NCBI GenBank assembly: GCA_002811645.1
Contig: PDIP01000038.1
Span: 59,129 to 123,128 of the forward strand
Length of the DNA stretch: 64,000 bases
DNA from: Corallochytrium limacisporum Hawaii
Taxonomy: Eukaryota; Protista; Pluriformea
Direction of reading: 5' to 3'
The notes beneath the pieces were generated by a model, which made no database searches, was not told where the DNA came from, and worked only from the letters and a program-made list of their open reading frames with translations. Position numbers and translations under genes: made by a program. Of the stretch, positions 32,801 through 44,500 are shown piece after piece (within the stretch, counting starts at the first letter, position 1; each line of letters opens with the position of its first letter).

Positions 32801-35241
32801 ACTTCTGTTACCCTCTACCAACTTCCTACCATTTTACCCCCTTTGCCTATCCGTACCTCGCTTAAAGCAATTGTGTTCTCTATGCAACCTCCTTCCCGAT
32901 CTATCACCCACCACCTCCCAAGGCTCCTACCGCTGGTTGCCAATACTGATATAGTTTGTCAATCGGCACACACCATCATTTGCATCGCGCCGCTCCCAGG
33001 ACTCCCTTTCTCAAAGCCCCAACCTTCCCAGGTGTGCGACGATCAGCGGCCCACCCTTTCTGCCAATCCAGAAATGTGGTTCCCAACGCACAAAGCCGCT
33101 CTAATTTCCTACCGGTTTGGACGGACGGGTAGCACCTTGACCGCAAGAACGAAACCCCGAAAATACGCGAGACCCAGGTCCGGGTGAAGAGAATCAAAGC
33201 GAACGAAAGAGAATACAAGGTCTCTTACGTTTACTATAGGTGCGGTGTTTTCCACAGGGACGAGTTAGGACTTGCAACGATGGACAACCGCACAACCTGC
33301 CAAAGTACAGCCGGGCGAGAACGAATGGAAACCAGAAGCGCGGAGTCCAAGGGGACGCGAAGGGCAGTACTTTGGTAAGATTTGGTGTCCACCGATTCCC
33401 CTCTGTTGCTCTCCACTGCCTCATGATGTCCCTGCTCTCTTTGTTTGCATCTCAGTCACCCGAGTTGCTCTTGTCTCGTGGGTGTCGTTGTTGTGGTCAC
33501 CCGCGACAATCTCCGAGGGATGTAGCTCGTCCTTCACAGCAGTGTTCCTGAACTCACTGGATCTGACAGTGTCGTGACCAACTCGAATTCACATACTGTG
33601 TACGATTAGCATGCTAAGCAGGCTGTTAGGTCACTTCATGCAGCAACAAGCTTGCCTATGTGGATGACAGAGCACGCCCCAGCTCCACCTAAGTACAATC
33701 ATGAACTATGATCCAATGATACTTTTGTTGTTTAGATCCGTTGAAATTGATTCCACAGGCCTTGTCAGAACACGTACCCCCCAGCTGCCGATCGTCCCGG
33801 GAGATAGGAGAACACCACACATGAAACCAGCAGTCACTATGATGCACATTTATTGTCCGGGCTCGGTCTAGAACCAAACATCTATAGCCATGATCAGCCC
33901 TATCTGGTCCGGGTCTTTCGAATGGAACGACATGCAATATATGGTACTGTTACCGCAAACATCGTAGAATAAAGATGACCCAAAGTGCATCCACATCACG
34001 GTGGAAATCGGACGTCCCAAGCCCAGTTCCGCCCACCACACTCCACTCTCTCCAATGGACACCTAAGAATGGCCGGTCTTTTACGGTCCTGCAGTGAACT
34101 ACGAATTTGTACGGCTAAACTGAAACGGTTAAGCCTCGAAATCCCGAAGGCGCGTCCGCGAAGTCTCGCCAATGTGTCATACAAGAGCAACGGCGTACCT
34201 TCAAAAATCATGACCACCGTTATGGAACGATTTGGAAACGAAGGGTTTCCGCAAATGAATCTTTACAAAGTATCATTCTATGAACTGAATCCCTAAATTT
34301 TATCATTAGTAAATTTGATTCGTGAAATTTTAAGAATATGACTAAGGCGGTGGGTGACCCCGAGACCCTTCGAATGACGGACCGGGTATACCTTAGGTGG
34401 CCGGTGTCCCCCGCTTACCTCCGCTGTAACTGCCGGCCGTGGGGCGGTGGATTGGGTTGATGACACTGACAGGCACGGGGGATACCCACACACCGGCACT
34501 CTTGTCTTGCTGACCACCATTACCTGCATCCACCCCAATGACGTGCCAATGGGAGCCAGGATGCCCTTTACTCCTCAATCCGCGTTTTTCTGTGTGTTGC
34601 GCCGCTTAGCACAGGGCGAGCCTTGCACTTACGCACACTTGACTGCGCAGGTTCTTCCCGGTTCATGTTCCGGGGAATATGTTAACAATTCTGTTTTAGG
34701 CGGGACCATGGATGTGTATTTTGAACCTGGCCTTGCCCCCCCCGTTAATGAAGAATGTTAAAGCAGGGCCCAGCCTCGCACTGGTCCGGCGATTATAACA
34801 GGGAAGGGCGGCGGTTGCTGGAAGGCTGGGTGGTGGTTTTGCCCCAGTTCGGTCGTTTCACACGGGCTCTCCTCCACTCGCCCGGGAACTGCAGAGGCAC
34901 ACACAGTCCAAGGCAAAACGGCCGATGTTTTACTACGCAGGCACAACGACGAGAGGGGAGGGGGGCTAGAGCGGACAGGGTCCAGGGTTAATAACACAAG
35001 GTTGTCCGTCGTGTGTGAGTTCAATGGTGTCGTTGGGAGTGGTAACGTCAGGTGACTAGAGTCACTGCTGTTACTGATACAGGACATGGTTATGTAGCCA
35101 GGTAGGATGCCATGGGCTTGGGCGATGGATTGTTGCTGTCCTTTGGTAGCCTAGAAGAGACGATCCACCCCGTGATGACGATCATGGAGACAAGTTTTAC
35201 AGATGTTGGAGGTTGCTCAATTAGCAGAGGTTGCAGCATAG

Positions 35242-36534
35242 ATGACAGTGATGGTGCCAAGCGACGATTCGGTCTTGTCCTCTCGCGGACAGAGGGCCCT
35301 GGGCGATGTCGCCTCGTACTTTGGCAAGTTTGTTGAAGCAGGTGCCGATCCCTATCACGTGGAGACGAGCCCTGAGGGATATATAATCTTTGCCGTAGCG
35401 GCCAATAAGTTGGTTTGGCCGGCCTTCCAGGCGAAGCTGGCGGAAGTGACAAAGGCAGTACCGGATTGGGTCGGTGACTATACAGGCATGCGCGGTCATC
35501 CAGAGTTTAGGGAGGTGATCGCTAAGTGGATGACCCGCTATATGGCCAAGGGAACCTACACGGTTGACGCAGAGAGCCTTGCCCTGAGCAGTGGCTGCGG
35601 TGCCGTTGTGCACAATGTCTTCTGGGCGCTGTGCGAGGACGGTGATGCGGTCATTCTGCCTACTCCTGCTTATCCAGCTTTCGATAATGACCTTGCAGTC
35701 ATGTCGAACCTGCATTTGTACTACGCAACAACTGTGGCTCCCGAGTTCAAAGTAACGGAGGAGTGTTTGGAGGCTGCAGTCCAGAAAGCCAAGGCCGAAG
35801 GCCGGCGCGTACGTGCACTGCTGATCAGCACGCCGAACAATCCGATTGGCCACTGCTACAGTGCCGAAGAGATGCGCATGATGGTCCGTTTCTGCCGTAG
35901 GCTTGGGATCCATTTTGTGAGCGATGAAATCTACGCCTCCTCAGTATATCGCAAGCCTCCAGTCCCTTACGTCAGTCTCTTCGAAGTGTGCAAAGATGAA
36001 GGGGGCATGGGGAATGACATGCACGTGATTTGGGGATTCTCGAAGGACTTTGCTGTCAACGGCTTGCGAGTTGGATGTGTAGCGTCGGAGTGCAAGCCGT
36101 TGCTCAAGGCCTACGATAACCTGGGTTACTTCTTCACCGTCAGCAACCTGACACAGTACGTCCTTACCGAGATGCTTAAGGATGAGAAATGGACGGACGA
36201 GTATCTAAAGCAGTGCAATGCATCGCTTCTTGGCAACTACGAGCTCATCTCAAATCGATTGAAGGGCATGGGCATACCGTTCTTTGAGAGCTTTGCGGGT
36301 CAGTTCCTTTGCATTGACATGCGCCAGTACCTGCCCGAGCCTTCGTGGAAGGGCGAGGACCAGCTGTTTACAACACTGTTTGAAGAATGCAAGCTTCTGT
36401 TGACCCCTGGAGAAGCGTGCCACTTCGATTCTCCCGGATTCTTCCGCATTTGTTTCGCCTGGTTGTCACCGGAAGCTGTGACAGTGGGCATGGACCGGCT
36501 CGAGGACTGGTGTGCAAAGCAAGCTAAGGCGTAG
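35242..36534 (+). CDS. ACC-synthase-like PLP-dependent enzyme (aminotransferase class I/II)
   Basis: DPYH...PEGYI, DYTGMRG...FR, PTPAYPAF, TPNNPIG, SDEIY, PLP lysine motif WGFSKDF...GLRVG and PGFFRICFA. Confidence 0.88.
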   Translation: MTVMVPSDDSVLSSRGQRALGDVASYFGKFVEAGADPYHVETSPEGYIIFAVAANKLVWPAFQAKLAEVTKAVPDWVGDYTGMRGHPEFREVIAKWMTRYMAKGTYTVDAESLALSSGCGAVVHNVFWALCEDGDAVILPTPAYPAFDNDLAVMSNLHLYYATTVAPEFKVTEECLEAAVQKAKAEGRRVRALLISTPNNPIGHCYSAEEMRMMVRFCRRLGIHFVSDEIYASSVYRKPPVPYVSLFEVCKDEGGMGNDMHVIWGFSKDFAVNGLRVGCVASECKPLLKAYDNLGYFFTVSNLTQYVLTEMLKDEKWTDEYLKQCNASLLGNYELISNRLKGMGIPFFESFAGQFLCIDMRQYLPEPSWKGEDQLFTTLFEECKLLLTPGEACHFDSPGFFRICFAWLSPEAVTVGMDRLEDWCAKQAKA

Positions 36535-36731
36535 ATGCCATTGCCCAAGTTTCCGCTGTGTACATTAGAAGGTCGTTGAATATATTTGTATGAGGGCGTC
36601 TTTGCTATGTATATTTAGGAATTTATGTCTACCGCTTATGTGATTGAACAACTACCTGTTGGAAGGAAGAGAGGAGCTGCATAACTAATTTATTCCTCTA
36701 ACCCCTGTTCTTCCCGGCTAGATTGGCTTTT

Positions 36732-39206
36732 CTAGTATCCGGAGTACATGATCGAGTCAAACAGGTTACGACGAATCGCGGCAGAGCGGTGCATGACGCT
36801 GTAAATGTCACTCAAAAGCACCACGGGCAGTGCAATGATCCAGAGCAGCAAAACCAGGACCATAGGTGCCCGCTTCTGTTGGTGACAAATGGTGTAGAGT
36901 AGCAGGCCGATGACGTTACGGAAGTAATGGCGGATGCCAGAGTTGAGGCCCAGGACCAGCTCGTAGACAACGGGAAGGGCCAGGTACAGCAGGCCATTGA
37001 CCAAATTTCGGCGCACGTCCACAACGTTCTCAGGCGCAACTAACTGCAAATCGAGCGGCAGCTTCAGACTGCGCAGTACATCATCGGGTACTTCAAGGTA
37101 GCGCGCTCCACGCTTCACTAATGATGCCCACACACGAGACGCCGGTTTGCGGACAGTGCGTTCAAAGGAGCCCATCAGACTCACGGGCACAATCATAATG
37201 ATACAAATGACGCGAAGTAGCATCACAATAGCGGAGTCCACGACCTTGTTGACGGCATCCTCACCTCGACTGCGGATGGCCTGGCCACTGAGGAAGTCAG
37301 GCATCTGGCCGCTGGCCCGAGCAGCCATTCCAATACCGTCGGGGTCATTGTTGTTTTCGTGGTGGTCCAAAGAATTACGCTTCGGACTGAGGGCCGGGTT
37401 GGTGTACACGCGGCCGGTGCGGGGCACCACCACGTCCAGAACACTGGACAGGGGAGGATGAATGCACCGATTCGGTACTGAAGGTTGCGGCTGCTGAGGT
37501 GACTGATGGACATTGTTGTTACTGCTAACGCTTGGAGGCGGCGAAGAATTCAAGACTACACTGTTCCGCGGGGAAGGCTGGATAGACGGGACCAAACTGT
37601 ATCCGCCGCTTGTACTACCAGCCTTTAACGCATGCGCAGTATAGCTACGCTGGTGGACCGTGGCACCCTTGTACAGAATGCGATCAGTCCAACCCGGCTG
37701 GTACCGACCACTCGATGTGGACCAGCGGTTGCGGGCCTGCGGCTGATATCGAGCGGCCGCCTCACGGAGTTCTTCACGATCACGATCCTCCTTGCTCTGG
37801 ACTTTGCCGTTGCTGACCTTCTTCGTAGCCGGATTACTGCTGCTAGCGGCCAGGTCCGTGGGTAGGGCTTCGTGGACCGGTGGGAAGGTCATACTGCCTT
37901 CCTGAAGTTGGTTCAGGTACCGATTGCACTGCAGACGTAGCTGGTCACTCTTGCGCAGAGGCTCCCAGTCTTGCTCACGAATGCGACGCTCAATCTCGTC
38001 AATCGGCAGAGAGATGCGGTAGTTGAAGTTGCCACACCATACTACCACGTCGTGGTGTAGCAGACCATCAACAGTGGGTTCCATAGCTGCGTAACGCGAC
38101 GGCGGCAGAGCATGCTGGGCTACACTAGCAACATCACCTGCTGCAGCCTTACCACTTCCTCCATTCAATGTACAGGACAGATGGCAATTCACTAGGCAAA
38201 AGTGGGTTCGGAGAATGTGGAACTGAATGAGCACCGCTCCACGATCACCAAGGCGGCCAAAGGGCCCGAGGTGGGTGCCACGGGCTACGCTGCTAAAGCG
38301 GATGTCCGAGATATCCTGGGCCACACTCTGCCGCGCAAAGAGCCAACTTGAAATTCCCCCCAACTGATGCGCCGTTACCTTCACCCAGGCATCGTCACCA
38401 CACAAAGGAAAATCACTCACACTGCTACGAGCCGTGTCGGGTCCGTTGTTGTCTCCTGAACTGGTGCGCAGCTCTAAACTCTTGACGCTGCCGCTTGGAC
38501 TGTAAGGCCTGGCGATTCCGGAGCTATATGGACTCGGAGATGGACAAGGAGAACCGCGCTCACTGCTTTCCCGGCTACTCATATTGCTGGCTTGACTACT
38601 ACGATATTCTAGGTTGAGACTAGATACAATGGCCTCTGTCCACGCGTTTGTGACGCTCCGGTCCGGGATGAACAGGGACGATGGCCTTTTATCCATGTCC
38701 TGCAGACCAACGAACAAAATGTCGGACTCCAACCCCAAATGCACTAAAAAGGAGAAGTCGACATCATTTACGTCTATCCCGTCAATGTCCCATGTTACAG
38801 ACGTTAACCGTAGGTGCAAATCCGAACTGCGCGGACTCTGCATAGACCCGTTGGCAGTTTTCTTCATAATGCTCTTCGGCAAACGGTAAACCGTGCCATT
38901 CTTACCATGGTCCTTCGCAGTACCATTAGTGGCGCCAGCGCCATTACTAACGGTGCCATTCACGGCTGATTTTGCAGCAGTCTTACCTTGCACTCCATTG
39001 GCTGTGGTTTCCGAGTCCGAGGAGGTGGATGCAGTCTCAGAGATACTGTTGCTATCGACGTTCCACTGCCCTGTCGTCTTTATTTCTGCGAGTTTCATTT
39101 TATCAATTCGCACACCACCGGCAGTCTTGTCGGTGTGTACGGTAATGCTAGTCTTATCTGTTTGTGGTTGCGAAGTGAGCATCGTGTCGGCCGCCCGAAC
39201 CGGCAT
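36732..39206 (-). CDS. Inositol polyphosphate 5-phosphatase-like protein with degenerate active site and C-terminal membrane segments
   Basis: Motifs in EEP/5-phosphatase order: VTWD, VGLQD, GDRGAV, FCLVNCHL, HDVVVWCGNFNYRI, DQL, FPP, PGWTDRILY, HPP. Hydrophobic C-terminus. First ATG is at 39206 (the ORF track begins at GTG 39221). Confidence 0.8.
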   Translation of the reverse strand: MPVRAADTMLTSQPQTDKTSITVHTDKTAGGVRIDKMKLAEIKTTGQWNVDSNSISETASTSSDSETTANGVQGKTAAKSAVNGTVSNGAGATNGTAKDHGKNGTVYRLPKSIMKKTANGSMQSPRSSDLHLRLTSVTWDIDGIDVNDVDFSFLVHLGLESDILFVGLQDMDKRPSSLFIPDRSVTNAWTEAIVSSLNLEYRSSQASNMSSRESSERGSPCPSPSPYSSGIARPYSPSGSVKSLELRTSSGDNNGPDTARSSVSDFPLCGDDAWVKVTAHQLGGISSWLFARQSVAQDISDIRFSSVARGTHLGPFGRLGDRGAVLIQFHILRTHFCLVNCHLSCTLNGGSGKAAAGDVASVAQHALPPSRYAAMEPTVDGLLHHDVVVWCGNFNYRISLPIDEIERRIREQDWEPLRKSDQLRLQCNRYLNQLQEGSMTFPPVHEALPTDLAASSSNPATKKVSNGKVQSKEDRDREELREAAARYQPQARNRWSTSSGRYQPGWTDRILYKGATVHQRSYTAHALKAGSTSGGYSLVPSIQPSPRNSVVLNSSPPPSVSSNNNVHQSPQQPQPSVPNRCIHPPLSSVLDVVVPRTGRVYTNPALSPKRNSLDHHENNNDPDGIGMAARASGQMPDFLSGQAIRSRGEDAVNKVVDSAIVMLLRVICIIMIVPVSLMGSFERTVRKPASRVWASLVKRGARYLEVPDDVLRSLKLPLDLQLVAPENVVDVRRNLVNGLLYLALPVVYELVLGLNSGIRHYFRNVIGLLLYTICHQQKRAPMVLVLLLWIIALPVVLLSDIYSVMHRSAAIRRNLFDSIMYSGY

Positions 39207-39744
39207 CTTTATCAATGCCACTGTTCAATGATAACCGTACTCTACTTGCTACTCTATTGCGAGAACTCCTTTGTCAAAAATTAGGGGACACCATCATTGC
39301 TCTCAAAAAACTTTGCTTGCGAACCTAAAAGTGAATGCTAGCACAGATTACCACTCTGTTTCCGGCTATTAGTGATCTCAAAGTACGTTTTTGTGCATCA
39401 AACACTCCATGCACTAGTGTGACCCACGCACACTAGCTCATGGCTTCTCACACTGACACTCCAGGCTCGCGTGTTGGTCCGTGCGCTTGGATCTTTGCAT
39501 TCCTTGCAAACGGCAAAAGAGTAAGACATTTAGAACAAAGCAACAAACACACACAGAGGCATCGAGTTCCTCCAAGACATCGCAACAGTTCTTGCACACC
39601 GTCCATCAATCCATCGGCGCTATCAGTGGGACCCGTTTGTCGCAGAACGGCTTCCCCTTTCACCACCACCACCACCAACTAAAGCCATACCCACTCACCT
39701 TCTACCAAGAGACCCTATACGGTACACATTGAGAGAGATTAACA

Positions 39745-40205
39745 AAAAAACGGGGGAAGGAGGGGAAGGACGGGGAGGGGGGAGAAGACAGAAAAAGACA
39801 TTCCCCCCCCCCCCCCCTCTCCCCCCCAAACCCCAACAAAAACCTTCGCAAATGGAGCCTCCCCCTTTGGCCCAGTCGGCCATTCTTTTTTTTTTATTCT
39901 CTTTCTCCCATTCCCGAAGCTGCGCTCTCTCTCTCTCTCACTCGCAAAGTTTTTGTGTGCCCCTTTGCTTCGACCGCCCCTTCCTCCGCTGGAGAGGGGG
40001 GGGGGGGTTAAAGGTCTTTTTTTTGGGATCTGTCGCTGGTGGTCCGTCCACCTGGCTGGCACCTTCGCCGTGAGACCCGCTTGGGGTGGAGGGGGGGGAG
40101 GGCCGGAGGAGGGTGGTGGGGAGAGCCGCTGCTGTGCGAGATGTGTCTCGGGCGAAAGGAAACGGCAACCCCCCCCCCCGGGGGGCGGGGGAGGGGGAGA
40201 GAGAG
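39745..40205. repeat. Low-complexity G-tract/C-tract cluster with a short (CT)n run in a divergent intergenic region
   Basis: Multiple G and C homopolymer runs (for example near 39803-39817, 39996-40007, 40169-40198) and polypurine/polypyrimidine blocks. Confidence 0.8.
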
Positions 40206-40531
40206 TGCGTGTGGCTGGCACGGGGTGTGGGTGATGCGTGGCTTATCTGCGACGTGAGGTAGCGCCCAAAGGTGGGAGATGAGGTAGATCATAGGTGGCG
40301 GTGGCTAAGGGATTTAATATCACCCAAAGGTCTTGGATAGATTAGGACCCAAAAGGATCTGGACCCGGTGGAGCAAAAGAGGGATCCTTCGGACTTCAGA
40401 AAAACGAAACAGTGCTTCCTAGAAGAGGACGTTCATTGATTCTTTCAGGCACTGGGTTGGACCTTGTGAGACAATTCCAGAAGCATTACTATTTACAAAT
40501 TGTACATATTTCATAATTTATATACACAGGT

Positions 40532-41308
40532 ATGCATTTCGCAGCCCTGAATCTCTCAGAGCCGGACTCCGTCCTGGAACAGCGGGCACTGTACAGCGAC
40601 GAGGTCAATGTCACCAATGCCGGTGCGGCTGGGAGCGGGGATGCGCGCCTGAAAATTGGGGTGCTGGCGCTGCAGGGAGACTTCATGGAGCACCGTAATT
40701 TGCTCAAGCAAGTGTCTGACGATATCGAAGTCGTGGAAATGCGGAGCAAGGCCGATCTGGAGAGCACAGAAATTCAGGGCATGATTATTCCAGGTGGTGA
40801 AAGCACGACCATGGCGTTGATTGCTGAGATTGAAGGTCTCCTTGAGCCTTTGCGGGACTTTTGCCGTCGCAAGCCAGTGTGGGGCACATGTGCTGGCATG
40901 ATCTTCCTATCCACGGAGGTCACTCACGGCAAGAAGGGAGGACAGACTACCTTGGGCGTGCTGGATGCGACCGTTGATCGAAACCATTTTGGGCGGCAGA
41001 TCCATAGTTTCGAGGCCGACGTGGATATTCCCCTGTTTCATGACGTCGAATCCAACACTGCCAATTCAACACTGGTTTTCATTCGTGCACCCTCTGCCTC
41101 AGCCATCGGTCCAGGAGTCAAGGTCCTGGCCGAGGTCACCGACGTTCACCAAAACTGCCCCAGTGAGCGGTGCATGGTCGCGCTGCAGCAAGGCCACATC
41201 TTGGCCACCTCTTTCCATCCAGAACTGACCAATGACATGCGCTGGCATCAGTACTTTGTGCGTATGGTCGAACATGCCGAGCGGGAGCGCGTTACGGGAG
41301 GCCAGTAG
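40532..41308 (+). CDS. PDX2: Pyridoxal 5'-phosphate synthase glutaminase subunit (PDX2/SNO/PdxT)
   Basis: IGVLALQGDF, PGGESTT, WGTCAGMI (catalytic Cys), RNHFGRQ, FIRAP and FHPELT (catalytic His-Glu). Confidence 0.97.
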   Translation: MHFAALNLSEPDSVLEQRALYSDEVNVTNAGAAGSGDARLKIGVLALQGDFMEHRNLLKQVSDDIEVVEMRSKADLESTEIQGMIIPGGESTTMALIAEIEGLLEPLRDFCRRKPVWGTCAGMIFLSTEVTHGKKGGQTTLGVLDATVDRNHFGRQIHSFEADVDIPLFHDVESNTANSTLVFIRAPSASAIGPGVKVLAEVTDVHQNCPSERCMVALQQGHILATSFHPELTNDMRWHQYFVRMVEHAERERVTGGQ

Positions 41309-41514
41309 ACTAGCAACCATGATTTTGATCAAAAAACAGCCCAGACCACGTCACGTCCGACCGTTCTGTGACAGTACATTGCCAATTCCATTTCTAATGT
41401 GGTCCAAACGAGTAGTAATCATATTGACATCATTACAATACTTTTTTTTTCTTTTTGAAGTTTTGTCATAGAACAAAGCCGATAGTGATTAAGTGCGGCC
41501 AACACAAGTTGCCG

Positions 41515-44500
41515 TCACACGTGATCCCGAGACGCAATTATTGCAACACCACGACTTCTCACCTTAGCCAACGGTAGGTGCTGCGTATCAAGCATGAGCG
41601 GCAGAGTGCAAATCAAATGCTTGCGATGACTGTCTAAGTACATTGGGAAGGACACTCGCTTCGTGTGACTCTCGCCAACGGCTCCAACGGTCCAATGCAG
41701 CGTCACTGGTGGCAGTTCATTCTGCAGTGAAACACTGTCCGCCACGCCGCCGCGTGCATTGTCCCAAGTCGCACCCTCAAGCGTCAGACCATTGACAATA
41801 AATGCAAAGTTGCAATTCACCGCCTGGCAAGCATCTAGTTCGGCGCCGTCGACTGCCTCCGAGACCAGGCCGCTGACAGCGACGTCCTCTAGACTCCAAC
41901 CATTCGCCCGTGTCGCGTGTTGTTGCATGGCCGAGACATAGCCCTCAGGCACAAAGAGCAGGCCTAGATCAAGTGGCAGATTCTGCGCAAAGTGCGTGCC
42001 AATAGCACCGATTCGGCCACCTTCGGGTAGCACGGTCGCAGTATCAGCAATCGCCCGGTGCTGTTGCAGACGAGCAGCGAGGTTCTGGGCCCAAGCACGC
42101 GGGCTCAGATCTGCGGGGATGCGGTACGGGGCGGTCCAGGCCGCGGGTACGCGACCAGCAGACAAGAGAACGCAGTACTCGCGAAGGCGATTGTCGAGTT
42201 TTGCGCGTGCGTTTAGGGCCCGATCAAGGACCTCCAGGTCGTTAAGGACAGTTGACTGCAGCGCCACGGCTTGACTGACCTCACGGTCGAGTGATCGGAA
42301 TATTGGGTCAGCGATGCGAGCCGGGCTGCGGGACAGGGGCTCCGTTGGGCCCTGGGCCTCAGTAATGACTGCACGCCAGATCTGCACATCACCGCGGAGG
42401 ATGCGGAAACGGGCTGGCACGTAAAAGCGCTCCTGTTTGGCATGTGCTGCGTCCAGATGGTAAGCCTCGGCGTCGGCGTCGTCCGCGCCATCCGCTGCTG
42501 CTGTAACAGCGATCTCTTCCTCGTCCTCGTCGCCGAATGGAGCTGTCTCGTCATCTGCTAACGAGGTTAGGAACTGTACTTTGCGCAAAATAGCACCGCC
42601 GTCCTCAATGCGCAAGCGCGTCTCCGCGTGCGCGGGTAGACCGAGCCACGCAGGGGAATTGCGCGATGGTAGTCCACGGGCCCAGGCTAGAAATTCAGCG
42701 TGAGTCTTGCCTTCCGGTGTGGTCAGGTCGCGACCCTCCGGCCCACCGGAAGCCAGGACAAAGTCTAGACGATAACAACCGGGATGGAAAAGGTCTTCGA
42801 GCAGGCCATTGAGTACCTGCTGGTCAAATTCATTGTCTAGGCGCCCACCATATACGCTCTCCCGCAACAGGGCGCGCAGGGCCTGCCAAGGGATACGGTC
42901 TGGGCTCAAGTTTGTTCCAGCGCCACCAGTGGTCAGGGACAGCCATTCATCGACCGTCTTCAGAGCCATGGCCAGGTCTGCATCGCCAAATTCGTACATT
43001 TGACTCCAGCCCAGAGGCGCGTAGCGTAGGCGCTCGAGCACATTAACGTGCAGCCAGCACACCATGAAATAAAGGCGCGCTCTCTCGCGAGGATTAGCAT
43101 CCATTGCCGACGCGTCCACAGTCGCAAGACAATGCAGAAGCTGGCTTCTAAGCCCCGGGGGTGCCTCGAAGGTAAATAGTCGGCTCTGTCGAAGGAGCTT
43201 CGGTGGCAACTTCGGAGAAATCTCGGCTGTAAGAATCACACGGAAGCCATCCTTAGCCTGGATAGTTTGCAGGCGCTTGGCATACGACTGTAGCCACTGA
43301 GGCGCGAGGTGGACATTTCTCAAGAGGACCCAATGGCCACTACGAGCGGCCTGGGCGATGGCCTGGTCAGCCGCAGTGGTAGCCTCACTGCTTCCCAACG
43401 CAATACTCAGGCACTTTTTCCCTAGCTTAGCGGCAGCGTCAATCAATTTGTTCGACGCATCGTAGCCGGGGGCGCAGGCCAGAACCACGGGGCTTACGGT
43501 GCCAGAACGGAGGTCGGCAAGGTCCGGTTCGGAGTCAAGCATCTCCGTCGTACCCGAACCAAGCACAGTGTCAATAAAGCGCTGAGTGGCGGTCAGGAAG
43601 CGGTCTGGCCGCACACTCTGCACGACAACCAGTCCAAAGAGCTGCTGTGTGTGCGCATGCAGCTCATCCCTCAGGCCTGTCAAATCACCGGCGCTGAGGT
43701 TGGCAGTGATGGCTGGCGGTGCTGGCTCTCTCCAGCAGCGAGGTACCTCATCTTCGGCTACAAATGTGGCGTAGAATGAGCGCCAGGAAACAGCGTTGGC
43801 CTGAACATGCTCTATGGTCTCCGATGTGAACACAGACGCGAGTCCCTGAGTTTGGGCTGTTTGTACCATTTCCTCGAGTACTCGAGTTATTGTGCCGATG
43901 GTTTCGGAGACGTCATCTATAGCATCACGCTGCCCACGCAGGAGGGCGGTGGCGCCTCCGTGGTTCACGCAACGCATCAATGTGTCCAAACCAGCTTGAA
44001 CGAGGGCCATGTAGTCCTCTTGTTCGTCCTCGGAGTCTCTTTCGCGACCGGAATAGGCCGTCAGCTTACGGTTCATGTTCTCCAAGACCAATCCACACAG
44101 TTGCAAAGCAAACGCAGTGCGGTCATGCTGCTTCATTGCAGGCGTAAAATTCTTGACAACTGCTTGCGGGAGAGTCTTTTCCATAATACGTAGACGCTGA
44201 TCGTGCCCCTTAACTCCGTCCAGCGCAGAGTTGGCCACCACAACATTGTCGTATACCTCGAGGAAGGCGTCTAGGCTGAAATGATACAGGTAGTGTACCT
44301 GTGCCATGCGGTCCAAGGCGAAGTAGAGGTTGGCAGCCACGGACGCTAGTGGAGTATAGCCGTTACTGACGCGATCAATCTCCCTCATGGTCACACTGGA
44401 CTCTGTCATGCGGTGGCCCACCTCTTGGGCCTCCGACTTTAGCGTCTCCAGATGGGACAGCACTGCATCATCGTCCAAAATACTGGATGCGGTATCTGAC

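Noticed and set aside
33606-33617. 12-bp palindrome TTAGCATGCTAA with partial resemblance to U6 (GATTAGCATG)
   Set aside because: Palindromes of this size are expected by chance in 64 kb, and the U6 ACAGAGA box is absent.
24443-36534. Ethylene synthesis/perception module (ACS plus HK)
   Set aside because: The HK lacks the three-TM ethylene-binding and GAF domains, the ACS-like protein lacks the AEN glutamate, and no ACC oxidase is present.
40466-40529. Possible 5' intron just before the PDX2 ATG (GTGAGA...TACACAG)
   Set aside because: Plausible, but there is no clear branch site and the CDS is complete without it; it cannot be supported without transcripts.
35242-41308. ACS-like plus PDX2 as a vitamin B6 gene cluster, or an SNZ-SNO pair
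   Set aside because: No PDX1 in the window and an unrelated gene lies between them; proximity is probably coincidental.
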